Below the pieces are notes generated by a model. It did no database searches. It was not told the origin of the DNA and worked only from the letters and a program-made list of their open reading frames with translations. 64,000 nt of DNA, taken from Eledone cirrhosa (lineage: Eukaryota). Shown here in pieces: positions 16,120 to 30,092 of the stretch (its first letter is position 1; each line of letters opens with the position of its first letter). Made by a program: the position numbers and the translations under genes. The stretch is taken from NCBI GenBank assembly GCA_964016885.1, contig OZ024742.1:49042001-49106000 (forward strand). The letters run 5' to 3'.

Positions 16120-16490
16120 TTGTTTCTACTTTGTGGCCAGCAATATGAAGGGCTGAAGAAAATCGATTAAATTGACCCCAGTGTGTTACTTGCGCTTTAG
16201 TTTCCCGACCCAGAAAAGATGAAAGGCAAAGTTGACGTCACTAGGATTAGAATTCTGGACGTAAACACCATGAATAGATGCCACAAATTTTTTCTCCAGC
16301 GCTCTAAACGTTCTGCTAATTCACCGCCCTTCGTAATGTAAAATAGTTGCATCTATATATACCACAATTTTGCAGGGACACCAGTACGATGGTGGTGTTT
16401 TATTTTATCGACCCCAAAACAAAAACGGGCGTAACTCTATGCCGCAAATCCTGTCCAATGCCCTGGCGATACTGCTAATCCATCGCCATT
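16120..16490 (-). mobile_element. Two adjacent diverged SINEs
   Basis: TGTTTCTACTTT..GACCC..AGATGAAAGGCAAAGTTGAC..CTGCTAATTCACCGCC (16120-16328) and TTTATTTTATCGACCCC..CTGCTAATCCATCGCC (16345-16490). Confidence 0.7.
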
Positions 16491-17278
16491 TGTAGAGTGT
16501 AATAATGGCTACAGAAGTCACCAATTGATTTAACAAATATTAAAAGCTGTTTCATGCTGGAATTAGAAAATAAACGTATGTGTTACCATGGCAATTACTT
16601 AATAGACCACGTAACTTCCATCATAGCAGCTAAAGGGTTAATACAAGATGTAGATTAACTGAATAAATCAAAATGGTTCAGGACATGTGTGTGTTAGTGT
16701 GTGATTTTATTGCGTGAGTATGTGTGTTCAGTCTGCATAATATAAATATTAATGTATATGTCGGATTATATATCTTTATATATATATATATATGAGTGTG
16801 CGCGTGTGTGTATGTGTGTGTGTGTATATATATATACTTTTATTGGCTGACAAATGCATTAATATTTATAATATACAGACTATAAACATACATATATATA
16901 TATATATATATATGCATTACAGTCTCATACAAGAACTTCTTGTCTGTTTGTTAGCTTTAAGTCATAAAAAATCGTATATAAATTCGAGACAGATATATGG
17001 ACTCTTTAACAAAAATTGTTACACAGAAACTAATACATAAATAGACATATATAAATATATACATCCATGCAGACACAATCAATCTTGCACAATATATACG
17101 TACACACATATACATATAATCTTTCATAATTTACATTGTTCTTGAAATATCTATATTTTATGTTGTATATAACCATCTGCCTGTTTACATAAATGGAGTC
17201 TCACGCACACACAGATACATACGCACATACACGCACACATACGCACACACATACGCACACACACAGACACACACATAT

Positions 17279-17341
<63 letters not shown>

Positions 17342-18202
17342 AAACTTAGACGGGAACAAAAACAGAGAGGCAGTACATATATATATATATATATATATAT
17401 GCGTGGGGGGGGGGGGTATTATGTGTGGTGGGTGTATATATATATATGTATATCAAATCTTGCCTACGCACAGATAACATACCTTTCACATAAATATAAT
17501 ATATCCCTGATTGTTGAATTAAAATGCTACCAGTAAATATATGAAACCTTTGACGTAATGTCAACACAGATTTCATTGAATCTGCCAACGAACACGATGC
17601 AACAAATCGCGAATCAACTACTACATCAAAGAATATATATTTAATCTCTAACAAATTTGAGGCTGGAAATCGGAAGTTACTCGCTCTCAAGGAACTCAAA
17701 CGATAAAACTAGAACACTGTCGACGTTTAAATAGAATGCAATACGATATATACATACACAATTATATTTATTTAATATATTTATATATATAATTCTTGTA
17801 ATGCTTTTATTATTATTGCTATTATTAATATTATATATAAGGTTTCTACCTAACCATAGAAATTGTTTACCTGCTCTCTTATATAATATGTTAATCTCTA
17901 GATTGTTTAAATACACTTAGTTTTGATTTTGTATTTTTTAAACCTAGATCTTATAAATTTGATACCTGTAATGTCTTCAGACTCGTAAACCGTTTAATTA
18001 CTTTAAATGTTTGTTTACGTCGTACGAAGATATCGTTTACATTTATCGTATAAAAGTTTCGTTTCATCTAAATTGATTAATAATCTGTACTTATCTTGAT
18101 GTATAATTTTGAATACCGTAAAATCTAGTTAAATCAAAATTATATCACTCGTAAGTGTGATATAAGTGTGATAATAACTAATAATTAATATTATATATAA
18201 TT

Positions 18203-18536
18203 GATATACGCATTTGTATAGTTCTTATATAAACTATAAGATTTAAATCGATATTTGTCAATTATATATAATTGTTTCTACTTTAGGCACAAAGCCAGCA
18301 ATTACCCAGTGCATTACTGGTACTTTATTTTATCGACCCCGTAAGGATGAAAGGCAAAGTCAAATCCCGCCGAGGTTGACTTTGCCTTTCATCCTTACGG
18401 GGTCGATAAAATAAAGTACCAGTAATGCACTGGGTATTTGCTGGCCTTGTGCCTAAAGTAGAAACAATTATATATAACTGACAAATATCGATTTAAATCT
18501 TATAGTTTATGTAAGAACTATACAAATGCGTATATC
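18203..18536. repeat. Near-perfect palindrome made of a SINE 3' half plus ~65 bp of flanking DNA
   Basis: Arms 18203-18363 and 18376-18536, 12-nt loop ATCCCGCCGAGG. Confidence 0.92.
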
Positions 18537-19240
18537 TAAATAAATCTGGTTTAATAATATCATGTTTACTACATTTATAAGCTTTATGGTTAGTTAATAA
18601 CATTTTTAATTTTGATCTGTCTAACTAAATTATTGACTATATTTAATAATTTAAATATACTCTTGATTACCCTGGGAATTATGTTAAATTATCTTTTTCA
18701 ATATATATCTGTTTTAATTTTGATATAATACAATAATATAGGTTCTTTCAAATATTGTAGTCTAACAATTTCAAGTTATTTAAATAATAGATTAGTTCTA
18801 ATTAACTTAATATTTGAAAAAAAACGGTCACGCATCATATACCTTGATTCTCCTTCTCCTTATGTAATTATATGTTACCACACATATCTCTCTTTCTTTG
18901 TTTTTAGTATCATCTCTCCTTCCTTTTCTTTCTCTCCTCTAGTTAGCTCTCTCGCTCTCTCATTTGCTCCTTCTATAATACAGAGGTATACATATTTCAT
19001 TATTTAAATTTTTAACAGTTATGTAGTTATATGTTTATATTTTTTACTTGCCTTTATATATACTTATTATATTTATTATTATATATTTTTTATACACCTT
19101 TTCCTACGTACACTCTCTATTATATGTAGCTTTTCATGTTACAACTTATGGTATATAAATATTGAGTTTTGTCATAACTAACCACTGCCACGACAGTAAT
19201 TGAACCATCAGCACAGTTGAGGTATGTCAGACATCAATTT

Positions 19241-19304
19241 ATTTTATCTGATGAGGACGTATTGATGAAATAGTTCAGTACCTCTGAAATATGTATAATA
19301 AAAT
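19241..19304 (+). ncRNA. Type-I hammerhead ribozyme (PLE-type)
   Basis: ATTTTAT-CTGATGA-stem II(GG..GTATTGA/TCAGTAC.CT)-GAAA-TATGTA-TA-ATAAAAT; 7-bp stem I, short self-complementary stem III. Confidence 0.7.
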
Positions 19305-19558
19305 ATATTTCATCACATGAATGTCTATATTTATTAATATTTTGAAGTAATATTAATAACTCCAGAAAACCTCTTAGTTGAGTGCTTCTAATCTATTGTA
19401 AAACTTTATTCATTGATTAATCAATGAACCTTGTTAAACTTTTGGTCATATATACATATATATATATTAGAAGAGATATTTAATTTGTTGGAAATCCAAC
19501 AAATATAGATGTTTATAGCTGATTCAGAGCACTCGACAGTTTTCTGGAGTAAGTATTC

Positions 19559-19916
19559 AATGATATTAAATAAATGGAAACTATATTTATAAAACCATAT
19601 TTATTCTATTATATATATTTCAAGGGTAACAAAAATTTTGGTACGCTATCATCATATAAAATACAAAATATTTTATAAATATGTGACATGACCAAGGATA
19701 ATATACCTTAACGGTTCAAGTTATCCCTGGAAAGTTATCCCTTTCCTGGGATAACTTGAACCGTTAAGGTATATTATCCTTGGTCATGGCAAATATTTAT
19801 GAAATATTTTGTATTTTATCTGATGATAGCGTACCAACATGTTTGGTACACTTGAAATATATATAATAGAATAAATATGGTTTTATAAATATAGTTTCCA
19901 TTTATTTAATATCATT
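19559..19916. mobile_element. Fold-back PLE terminus (~175-bp inverted arms)
   Basis: Arms meet near 19738; the same family occurs at 26221-26380. Confidence 0.85.
19813..19872 (+). ncRNA. Type-I hammerhead ribozyme
   Basis: ATTTTAT-CTGATGA-tAGCGTACCAA(catgt)TTGGTACACTt-GAAA-TATATA-TA-ATAGAAT. Confidence 0.75.
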
Positions 19917-20026
19917 ATATATATATATATATATTTTTTTTTTACTCTTTAATCTGTTCCACCCATCCGGATGAGGCCATATAGGCAGTTGTTGCTACAC
20001 GTTCTATATCCAGACTGTGTTGGCTG

Positions 20027-20086
<60 letters not shown>

Positions 20087-20094
20087 TATATATT

Positions 20095-20332
20095 TCCGAT
20101 CATAAAACGTGTTGGTTGACGTTTGGTGTCTTGAGTAACGAACACACAGGCCCACATTGCATTTCTCTCTCAACGTTTCGGATGGGAAATATAGTCTCGA
20201 ACTAAGTTCGTGAATAGCGGTTTCATTGTATAAAACTATAACTATATATATATTGTTATACCTGGGGAGGGTCATATTTGTGTAATAATATTGCCAGAAT
20301 TAATAACAGAACACTCTCACTGTTTGGTTGGT
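20095..20332 (-). mobile_element. PLE terminal fragment
   Basis: 20250-20332 matches the terminus of the 9910-13418 family (GGGGAGGGTCATATTTG..CCAGAATTAATAACAGAACAC); ACGTTTCG (reverse complement of CGAAACGT) upstream. Confidence 0.6.
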
Positions 20333-20391
20333 ATATATATATATACATATATATATATACATATACATATACCTACATATATATATATATA

Positions 20392-20437
<46 letters not shown>

Positions 20438-20448
20438 GGTGCGGCTGG

Positions 20449-20588
<140 letters not shown>

Positions 20589-20602
20589 GTCGGAAATAAT
20601 AA

Positions 20603-21581
20603 TCTATATATATATAAAACTGTGGTTGTCTGTCTGTCTATCGATTTTTGGCACACATCTCCTCTTAGAATCTATCACGGAATTGCACCGAAATTGCTAT
20701 ACTTGTACATTGAGCCCTAGCGAAGACATCGGAAAAAAAGAAATTTCAAATTCACCCACCCTATGTGACGAAATCGAATATAATGTATCGATTTTTGAGC
20801 GTAAGTTATCAGTTATTTCCCTTTGTTCTGTTTACATTGAGCGTCTTACGTAAAAAATTACGCTGGCTTTCTCAGCAAAATATTGACCTGCAAAATTCAT
20901 CAGTTCGAACACTAAGCTTCCGTTTTGCTTCATTTACATTTAAAAGCATTTTAAAACAATATTTTTACTTGAAAACAAGTCTATTTAAAGACTACGTAAC
21001 ACAAGCAAATATTTCGTCGTTAGGCGTGCAGACAGACAGTCGTGCAGACAGATAGTCGTGCAGAGAGGTGATATACGCGTGCAGACAGATAGTCGTGCAG
21101 AGAGGTGATATAGGCGTGCAGACAGACAGTCGTGCAGAGAGGTGATATAGGCGTGCAGACAGACAGTCGTGCAGAGAGGTGATATAGGCGTGCAGACAGA
21201 CAGTCGTGCAGAGAGGTGATATAGGTGTGCAGACAGACAGTCGTGCAGAGAGGTGATATAGGCGTGCAGACAGACATAACTGATAATTTGGTTACGCTAA
21301 TGTTTTTCTCTGCGTTGCAGTGTTTACATTTTCGATCTTTGTTAATAAATAACCAGTGCAGTTTCTATCCCCAGCATCCTCTTTTGTTATAACATTCGGG
21401 TTATCGTTATGTTTTCTTAACTTCATAAGGCATATTGTTGGTTGAGGGAATATTAATCAAAAACACCACATGCAAGTCTGCACAGTAGACACTACAGTTT
21501 TTAAGCCAAGAAAGAAACTTAACATTGTAACTTTAACACAGCTACTGAGCGACCCCGAGCAACGCCGGGCTTTACTGCTAG
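20603..21581 (+). mobile_element. Non-autonomous Helitron
   Basis: 5' TC (A|TCTATATATA), 3' hairpin CCCG-AGCAACGC-CGGG at 21554-21569, CTAG|T terminus, A|T insertion site, no TSD. Confidence 0.85.
21021..21275. repeat. ~37-bp minisatellite (~7 copies) inside the Helitron
   Basis: (TAGGCGTGCAGACAGACAGTCGTGCAGAGAGGTGATA)n. Confidence 0.95.
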
Positions 21582-22068
21582 TAATGATATAAAAGGCTGT
21601 GTGGTCGTGCGGGGAGGATGCTATAAGATAGCTTATAGTAAAGAGTGAAGGCGTTAAAGACAGAAACAGAAATTGTCACCGGTCGTACTGTGTAATGGGT
21701 GTGTTTCAATGTTTGTATGTGTGTGTGTATGTGTGGGGGGGGAGATGTGTCTGTGTGCATGTGTGGGTGTACATACGACCATCATAACCTTAAATTGAAC
21801 CACTAACTCAAGCCCAATCCATAACCCTACAATCCGCCCTTCCCCGACCCATACCACGCAATGAAAAACAGTAAAAATCAAACACATACTTCAAAACCGT
21901 AGTCTAATTGCCAACACCATACTTTCTATATTTTCACTATTGTCGCCTCTCTACAAACATTAACCACTCCTCCTAGGGATCCTTTATTTCCTTTAACTGT
22001 CATTTCACACCCGGTCTCAAGATGGAAGCAAAGCTACTTGCAATGCCATTGGCTTATTTATGAGCAGT

Positions 22069-22150
<82 letters not shown>

Positions 22151-22670
22151 CACACACACACACACCCCACACACACACAGATGTGTTTTTCCCCATACAC
22201 TCACTAACCAACGCCAACACACACACACAATGCCCCATACACACAGACGGACCACACTCGCATACACGCATACTCGCACACACACTCATATGCACAGATA
22301 CACACACAAACATATAATGAAGGTTAATAAACGGACAAAATTAACAAGAAACCAGCAAAACCCACCACCATAACAACAACAACAAAAAACATCAATAATA
22401 TTAGTAATAACAACATCAGCAGCAGTTTATGACTTTTTTTGACCTAGGTGTATGAATCATCGTAGGATGGGTTGGATGAAACGACAGTTGACACTCCTAC
22501 ATCACCACCCACTCATGAATATACGCATACAGGCACGTACATATGCCACACATATACACAGACATAAACATGTGTTCATCCTTAAAATACAATGTCAAAT
22601 ACATGCATATATATATATACATATACATACTCACACATACACACACATACATATACATATATATATATAT

Positions 22671-22833
22671 ATAACGAAGGCGGTGTGGTAAGGAACCAGA
22701 TGGACCATAACGCACCAGAGTACTCAATACTTAGAGTAGTAGAGTGGGTAATAGGAAAATGTTTCACCCCGACGGCAGAGCTCAAGCCGTTTCGACGGGT
22801 ATTTCTGGACTGGAGTCCAGAAACAGCCGTCGA
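22671..22833 (-). mobile_element. Family A short PLE terminus with short terminal hairpin
   Basis: ATAACGAAGG..GGAACCAGATGGACC..AAGCCGTTTCGACGGGTATTTCTGGACT-GG-AGTCCAGAAACAGCCGTCGA; (TA)n flanks. Confidence 0.75.
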
Positions 22834-22977
22834 TATATATATATATATATATATAAAGATATAAAGAGAGGGAAATATAGAGAGAGAAGGAAAGTGGTTG
22901 AGAGAGAGAGGGAGAGAGAGAGACATTTATACAAATAGGTTTATTTGATAGGAAGGCCCATGTTTATATTCACTTGC

Positions 22978-23030
<53 letters not shown>

Positions 23031-23639
23031 TATGTGTGGGTGTGTGTGGGTGGGTGCGTGCGTGCGTGTGTGTGTCTATCTGAGTGTAGATGTGTGTAGG
23101 GATAGAAGTCAAGCAGTTGTTTAGGAAACTATCAGGTTCCGGTTTTTTTCCAGGAGGAGTTTCCAACGGTATTATTAAATAAATAAAACTGGGACAGAAA
23201 ATTGCCTCCTTCGCCACCACTCACCACCTCCTCACACCCCCACTAATCACCCCCACTATATTAGTTTGACACGGTAATCACACTCATATATTTTTCCCCA
23301 CCGGATCATTACCCTTCCCATTCACTCCATCATCAACCCCGAACCCAATACCTCCAGTTAACCCTCCCCACACCCTAAAATTAGACATCCTCCCCCTTCC
23401 CTTCTCTGGTGATTGGCTGGACCTAGCAGAATTATAAGAAACCACCAAAGGAGTATTTTATCTATCTGGAAGGCCGTCTGACCTGTAGCAGCCAAATCTA
23501 CATCAAATCTATCTCTAGAGTTTCTAAAAGAAACTAGGACACACTGGATCTACAGCGTTTGAGAAACAAAGCAAAACCGATGCGATGATCATGACTGGAA
23601 TGTCCTTTTGAGCATACTTTTATACAACCAATATCACCA

Positions 23640-23666
23640 CTACCACCACAAGCAACAGTACTGCTA

Positions 23667-23699
<33 letters not shown>

Positions 23700-23717
23700 T
23701 TGCTACTACTGCTTCTG

Positions 23718-23762
<45 letters not shown>

Positions 23763-23876
23763 ATACTACTACTACTGCTGCTGCTGTTGCTGCTGCTGCT
23801 ATTGCTGCTGTTGCTGCTGCAGCTGCTATTGCTGCTACTACTACTACTACTACTAATAATAATAATAATACTACTA
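23640..23876. repeat. Compound (CTA)n/(CTG)n/(TAA)n microsatellite
   Basis: Direct reading. Confidence 0.95.
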
Positions 23877-23987
23877 CGCCTTTGGCGATGACCACTTGAA
23901 TTGTCTAGCTAAAACGTCAGAGAAAATGAGGGGAAATGAGAGAGAAAGAAAGAGGAGATTTATGATATTTAATATTGTTAATATGCA

Positions 23988-24170
23988 TTGGCAGAATCGG
24001 TAGAGCGTTGAATAAACTTCAATTGCAGCATGTATTATGGCTTCTACATTCTGATTTCAAATCTCGACATGGTAAACTTTGCATGTTATCCCTCATGGGT
24101 CGATAAATTAATGTACTTGTCAACTCTGCTCTACCGCATATTGCTGGCCTTGTGCCTAAATGAGAAATCA
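23988..24170 (+). mobile_element. Diverged tRNA-type SINE
   Basis: TGGCAGAATCGGTAGAGCG..TTCTGATTTCAAATCTCG..GGGTCGATAAATT..TTGCTGGCCTTGTGCCTAAA. Confidence 0.75.
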
Positions 24171-25360
24171 ATGCTGTGTGTTATTGGTATTGAGTCTAGT
24201 TAATTCTGGGTGGCGTTATTGAATGTTGTTTGTTAAGTCTGGTTATATTGAATTTAGATAATATTGATTTCAGGGTAGCTGATATTAACTAATTCTGGTA
24301 TTGTCATTGGTTATAAAGTGATATTGATCCCCAAATTCTGATGTTTTAAGTTCAGTAATACACCTCTCTCGCCCGCACCATAACATTGATGTTAGCGCCG
24401 GATATGTGTCTGTGTGTGGGAAACTGTAACTACGTTCAGATAGGTATGTTTTCATGCACATAAGGTATGTTTTCATGCCTTGAATCTTTAGCAGAAAATG
24501 ATGAACCCCATGAAAAGGTTTAGCTAGTCATTACTTATTAAATGTTTATATGTATGGACCAATAACTCCTGTTATATAGCAGATACGCCGTAGTGACAAA
24601 CAACATGTCTCTGTCATTTTTAACCTGATGGAACCCAGCCATCTCCCAGTCGCTACACAACAGATTTCTGTCAGTTGTTAAACTATTTGCTATGCTTCTA
24701 ATTCAATTTTCAACTTTCACTCGCCGTCATCTCCTACCAACGCGTACATGTATACATACACACACACACACACATATATATAGTGGTGAATAACTGGGAG
24801 TTTATATCCGTAGTAAGTACAGCACTCAGTCAAGAGGATGAGTCGGTATAGAGTTAGTTTCACAACAAATTAGCAAATCATACTCGAGAACGCGCGTTTC
24901 AGCCAACTTATTTTCAACACGAATGAGATTGTGCTGAGAACGGAGTGTTTATGAGCTGACTGGATTATGCGCAATACCATTTATGCTATGTTGTTTACCA
25001 ATGGGTAGAACTGGTGATACCGGTAAGTGAGGGATAATGTAATAAATTACAGCACTCGAGGATATGCAAATCATCCATCGTAGATGTGGAATCCCGTGGC
25101 TGGTTTAGGAGCCAAAATGAATATTCATTAAAAACAGAAGGTCGGACTGAAAACTTACTTGAAGGTAAGTTGTTTCCAGTCTGGCCGTCTGTTGTTTTTA
25201 ATGTATATATATATATATATATGAACCTGAAACGTGCTTTCATTTGATCGGTGGACCGTATACATAAGCTGTCCTATATCCATCTACACACAAGGACACA
25301 CATATAATATAATACATATATATTTATATATACTCACATATGTATATATACACACATATG

Positions 25361-25458
<98 letters not shown>

Positions 25459-25888
25459 CGGATAGATAGATCGATAGATAGATAAGTATGTATATGTGTG
25501 TAAGTATGTATGTATTTTAACATCTAAATATCACTTCACATATAAGCATTACAGCAACAGTCTTTATATTAGAGTTGTGTTAGGTCAAGTTAAATGTGCA
25601 TCGCCCCCAGTCACTGTGAGACATAGTATAATCGCTGGAGCATGCTGAATATGATAAGAGGTAGTAAGGCAATCAATAACATGACATATGTGAATTCTGT
25701 GTCGAGGAGAAACTATTGAATTTTTTTTTTTTATTCATATAGATTTTCTATTATATTATTAGCACCGATAACTTTCCGGGATAGGTCGATGGAATTAAAG
25801 GTAAAGAAAATATATATAATACAATGAAGAAAATAAGACAATTATCTCTCTTTTTCTCTTTCTGTCACTTTTAATTATATATAGAAAC

Positions 25889-25949
<61 letters not shown>

Positions 25950-26257
25950 TGTTTTCCAAAAAATGGCTGACTGAATACACACGTGCTTTTTCTTCAGGAA
26001 TATGCTCTCCTTCCTTTCCTCTCAATTTTTCTATTTCATCATTTTTCTCGTTGTATATTCTGACGAAGGCCTAGTGTCCAATACGTAAAGACACTTTTCC
26101 TACTATATAAAGCGTTAAACTAATGTTTTTTCATTGCTTTGTTATTTCCATTTACTTTTTTGCATACACATAAACACACACACACACACATATACATATA
26201 TATACATATATATACAATATATTAATAAATGGAAACTATATTTATAGAACCATATTT

Positions 26258-26321
26258 ATTTTATTATACATATTTCAAGGGCCACCAAGGCAAATTATGG
26301 TGCGCTTTCATCAGATAAAAT
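26258..26321 (-). ncRNA. Type-I hammerhead ribozyme (family of 19813)
   Basis: Minus strand ATTTTAT-CTGATGA-AAGCGCACCA..TGGTGGCCCTT-GAAA-TATGTA-TA-ATAAAAT, within PLE fragment 26221-26475. Confidence 0.7.
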
Positions 26322-26514
26322 ACAGATTTGTTTTATAAATAAATATTGACATACCGGGAAAAAAGACAACCTTAACGGTTGGAGCTTCCTGGATAGTGGA
26401 GATATTACATTTATTGAGGTTGATAGAAAATTATGATTGAGTATGAATCCCAACAAATTAAATATAGCCTCTGCATATATATATATATATATTTTTTTTT
26501 TATTTTATAGAAGG

Positions 26515-26565
26515 AGCTTCTACAGGACTAGTACTGTTTCATTCAGATGAAATCTTCAGGAAGCT
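26515..26565 (-). ncRNA. Type-I hammerhead ribozyme (distinct family)
   Basis: Minus strand AGCTTC-CTGAAGA-tTTCA(tc)TGAAt-GAAA-CAG(tactagtc)CTG-TA-GAAGCT; immediately downstream of a PELN-like endonuclease end. Confidence 0.7.
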
Positions 26566-26771
26566 GGGTGTCATATTAAGTTCTGGTATTTATACATTTA
26601 GGTAGTGGTAAGGGAGGGGTGGTGGCTGGGGGGGGGGGGGGGGGGATAGTATGGGGTAGGATGGTATTTAGATACACAGGACCACAACATGGCACAGGCC
26701 GTTTTTTTCTTTGGGGAGTGGTCAATTAGCCAGAGTGCTTTTTTGAAATATATATATATATATATATATAT

Positions 26772-26946
26772 ATTTATTAAAATAACAGATTAAAGTTTCA
26801 GCAAAGAATCGGTGCTTTCACCCTTAACGGGATCTTCTGAAACTAACAAAGTCAATCTGTAAACGCAGAACTCTTAAGGGTGAAACCGTTAAGGGTGAAA
26901 GCAGCGATTCTTTGCTTAAACTTTAATCTGTTATTTTAATAAATAT
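26772..26946. repeat. Fold-back hairpin containing a mutated HHR
   Basis: Arms ~26772-26829 and ~26887-26946; minus strand GTTT-CAGAAGA-TCCC(gttaa)GGGT-GAAA-GCA..TGC-TG-AAAC. Confidence 0.7.
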
Positions 26947-27029
26947 TTGCTCTACGGTTCTTATATATTTGATATATATTTTCCTTATCGAGCCCTCTTT
27001 GGATTTTAGTCTTCAATTTTATTATTATT

Positions 27030-27866
<837 letters not shown>

Positions 27867-27867
27867 C

Positions 27868-28052
<185 letters not shown>

Positions 28053-28416
28053 ATGTATTATTGTTTGTTTCAATGAGTCAAACAATATCAACGTATGTAT
28101 CTCTGTATGTGTAAAATTGTTTGTTTATATCTGTGTTAGATACGTGTGTGTAGTGCTTATGCGTGTATTATCGTGCAGCTGTGTATGTACGTGTGAACTA
28201 CCAAGCAATGCCACTGTAACATACATCTGTTGTTAAACAGTGTTAAGTTGTTGGACCAATATTTGATATTGTTGAAATAACATTAACAATTTCAAAAACA
28301 TACACACCACTAAAATCAATGTCTCCACTTTACAATATACTAAACATATAACATAATTCTAATACAACTACTTCTACTACTATTGTTGCTGATTCTACTG
28401 GTACTGCTGCTCTTGA

Positions 28417-28452
<36 letters not shown>

Positions 28453-28454
28453 GC

Positions 28455-28925
28455 TTTCGATATAAAGTAGACAGCAGAGAGTACAGACACCTTCGTTATA
28501 TGGATGATATCAAGCTATTTGGAAACAATGAGGGGCAGCTGGAAGATTTACTGTACCCAGTGAAACAATTCGGTGATGACATCCATATAGAATTTGGACT
28601 CGACAAATGTACAAAAGCCACAATCAAGAGGGGTTGCTCTTTAATCATAAAGATACTGTCATAGACCAAAAACTACCATAAATGAACTTAATAATGAAGA
28701 GTTCTACAAATATTTTGGAGTTAATGAAGGAGATGGAATCCACCATGCAAGTATGAAGGAAAAGATACGGAAGGAGTACATAATGAGAGTGAGGCTGGTA
28801 ACAAAAGTGAGCCAAACTCTTGCAATAAGTTCAAAGCCATTAACATTCTAGCAGTACCAGTCGTAACATACAGCTTTAACATCATACACTGGAACCTGGA
28901 AGAACTAAAATGGTTGGACACTTGA
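28455..28925 (+). pseudogene. R4/Dong-like non-LTR RT fragment
   Basis: HLRYMDDIKLF..DIHIEFGLDKC..YKYFGV..NKFKAINILAVPVVTYSFNIIHW; starts after a (CTA)n tract. Confidence 0.8.
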
Positions 28926-28964
28926 CATGGAACAAGATATACATATAAAAAATAAACAACAAAC

Positions 28965-29505
28965 TGCTTCAGAGGTTGCTTCCCATTCGAAGGAGGTAGA
29001 TCCCTCATCTGGGATACACCTGCTGCAACACGTTCTCCGCTTCTCACTAAGTCGCTTCGCCCACAAACCGTGCCATTGCGGCCCGCCTCACAGACGAACG
29101 TAAAATAAACAAATACCGAGGATTTTCCGGCCGCTTTATCTTCGCACCGTTTGCCGTCGAGACATCAAGCGTACTTGAACCCAGTACAGCCGAGCTCCTA
29201 CTCAATATCGGACTGTTAGTGGCCCGTCTGAGGAGGGAGCCCAGCGAGGTTGGGTGGCTGTTGCAGGGGGCGTCACTGGCCATTATCCGCGCAAATGCTT
29301 TTGTGGTCTTGTCCGCAGAGCGCAGCACTTCTGCCCTCATGCCCTATGCCCAAGGCCTAATCACCTTCCCCTTCGCCCATCCTCTCTCTTCTGCGACTCT
29401 TGCCGTTCTATTTTCTTTCTTTTTCTCTCTTTTCTCTATATTTTTTTTTTCTATTTTTATTAATTATTGTTGTTATTATTATTATTGTCATTATTATTAT
29501 TATCA
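28965..29505 (+). pseudogene. CRE-like non-LTR 3' fragment (restriction-like endonuclease) with (ATT)n tail
   Basis: PFEGGRSLIWD..ERKINKY..FAPFAVET..LLQGASLAIIRANA. Confidence 0.75.
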
Positions 29506-29902
29506 TTGTTCTTTGAGTCTGTCATTGATGTTATTTAACTGGAAAGTTTGTTGAAATGAATATCAAGCCGCTACGTGCAGCCTCAGATATTCAGGACGTA
29601 TCGGAGGGTTCTTGCTGTTCCCAGCAAGCATGCCTTTTTAAGTGTTCTAAAAAGCGGGGCTGGACTAATCTTCTTTAACCATCATTGGAAACTCTTTGAG
29701 ATAATACCTAGTGCGCCTATGACAATCGGGACGACCTTGATTTCATGGCAGTTCCAAATCTTTTTTAACTCCCACTTTAAATCCTGGTATCGGTTAATTT
29801 TCTCCCTTTCCTTTTCTTGGACTCTCGTGTCAAATGGGCAGGCTACATCTACAATCAGGCACGATCTTTTTTCCTTGTCCAAAACCACCAGGTCAGGCCT
29901 GG
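29506..29902 (-). pseudogene. R4/Dong-like 3' fragment (restriction-like endonuclease)
   Basis: RPDLVVLDK..IVDVACP..EKINRYQDL..VVPIVIGALG..KACLLGTARTLRYVL. Confidence 0.85.
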
Positions 29903-30092
29903 ATTGGCAGTATTGGTAGAGGGTCGGACGCCATGCTTTGATGCATAGAGTTACGGCCCTTGCCATTCTGAGTTCAAATCCCGCCGAGGTTAACTTTACC
30001 TTTCATCCTTACGGGGTCGATAAAATAAAGTACCAGTAATACACTGGGTGATTGCTGGCCTTGCGCCAAACGTAGAAACAATTATTATTATT
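29903..30092 (+). mobile_element. tRNA-type SINE with (ATT)n tail
   Basis: Close match to 3958-4140; B-box GAGTTCAAATCC. Confidence 0.9.

Noticed and set aside
21021-21275. ~37-bp regularly spaced repeats resembling a CRISPR array
   Set aside because: No unique spacers, no cas genes, eukaryotic context; it is a minisatellite inside a Helitron
26055-26095. CTGACGAAGGCCTAGTGTCCAATACG as a hammerhead (similar motifs at ~5807 and ~19968)
   Set aside because: GAAA core or stems broken; at most relics
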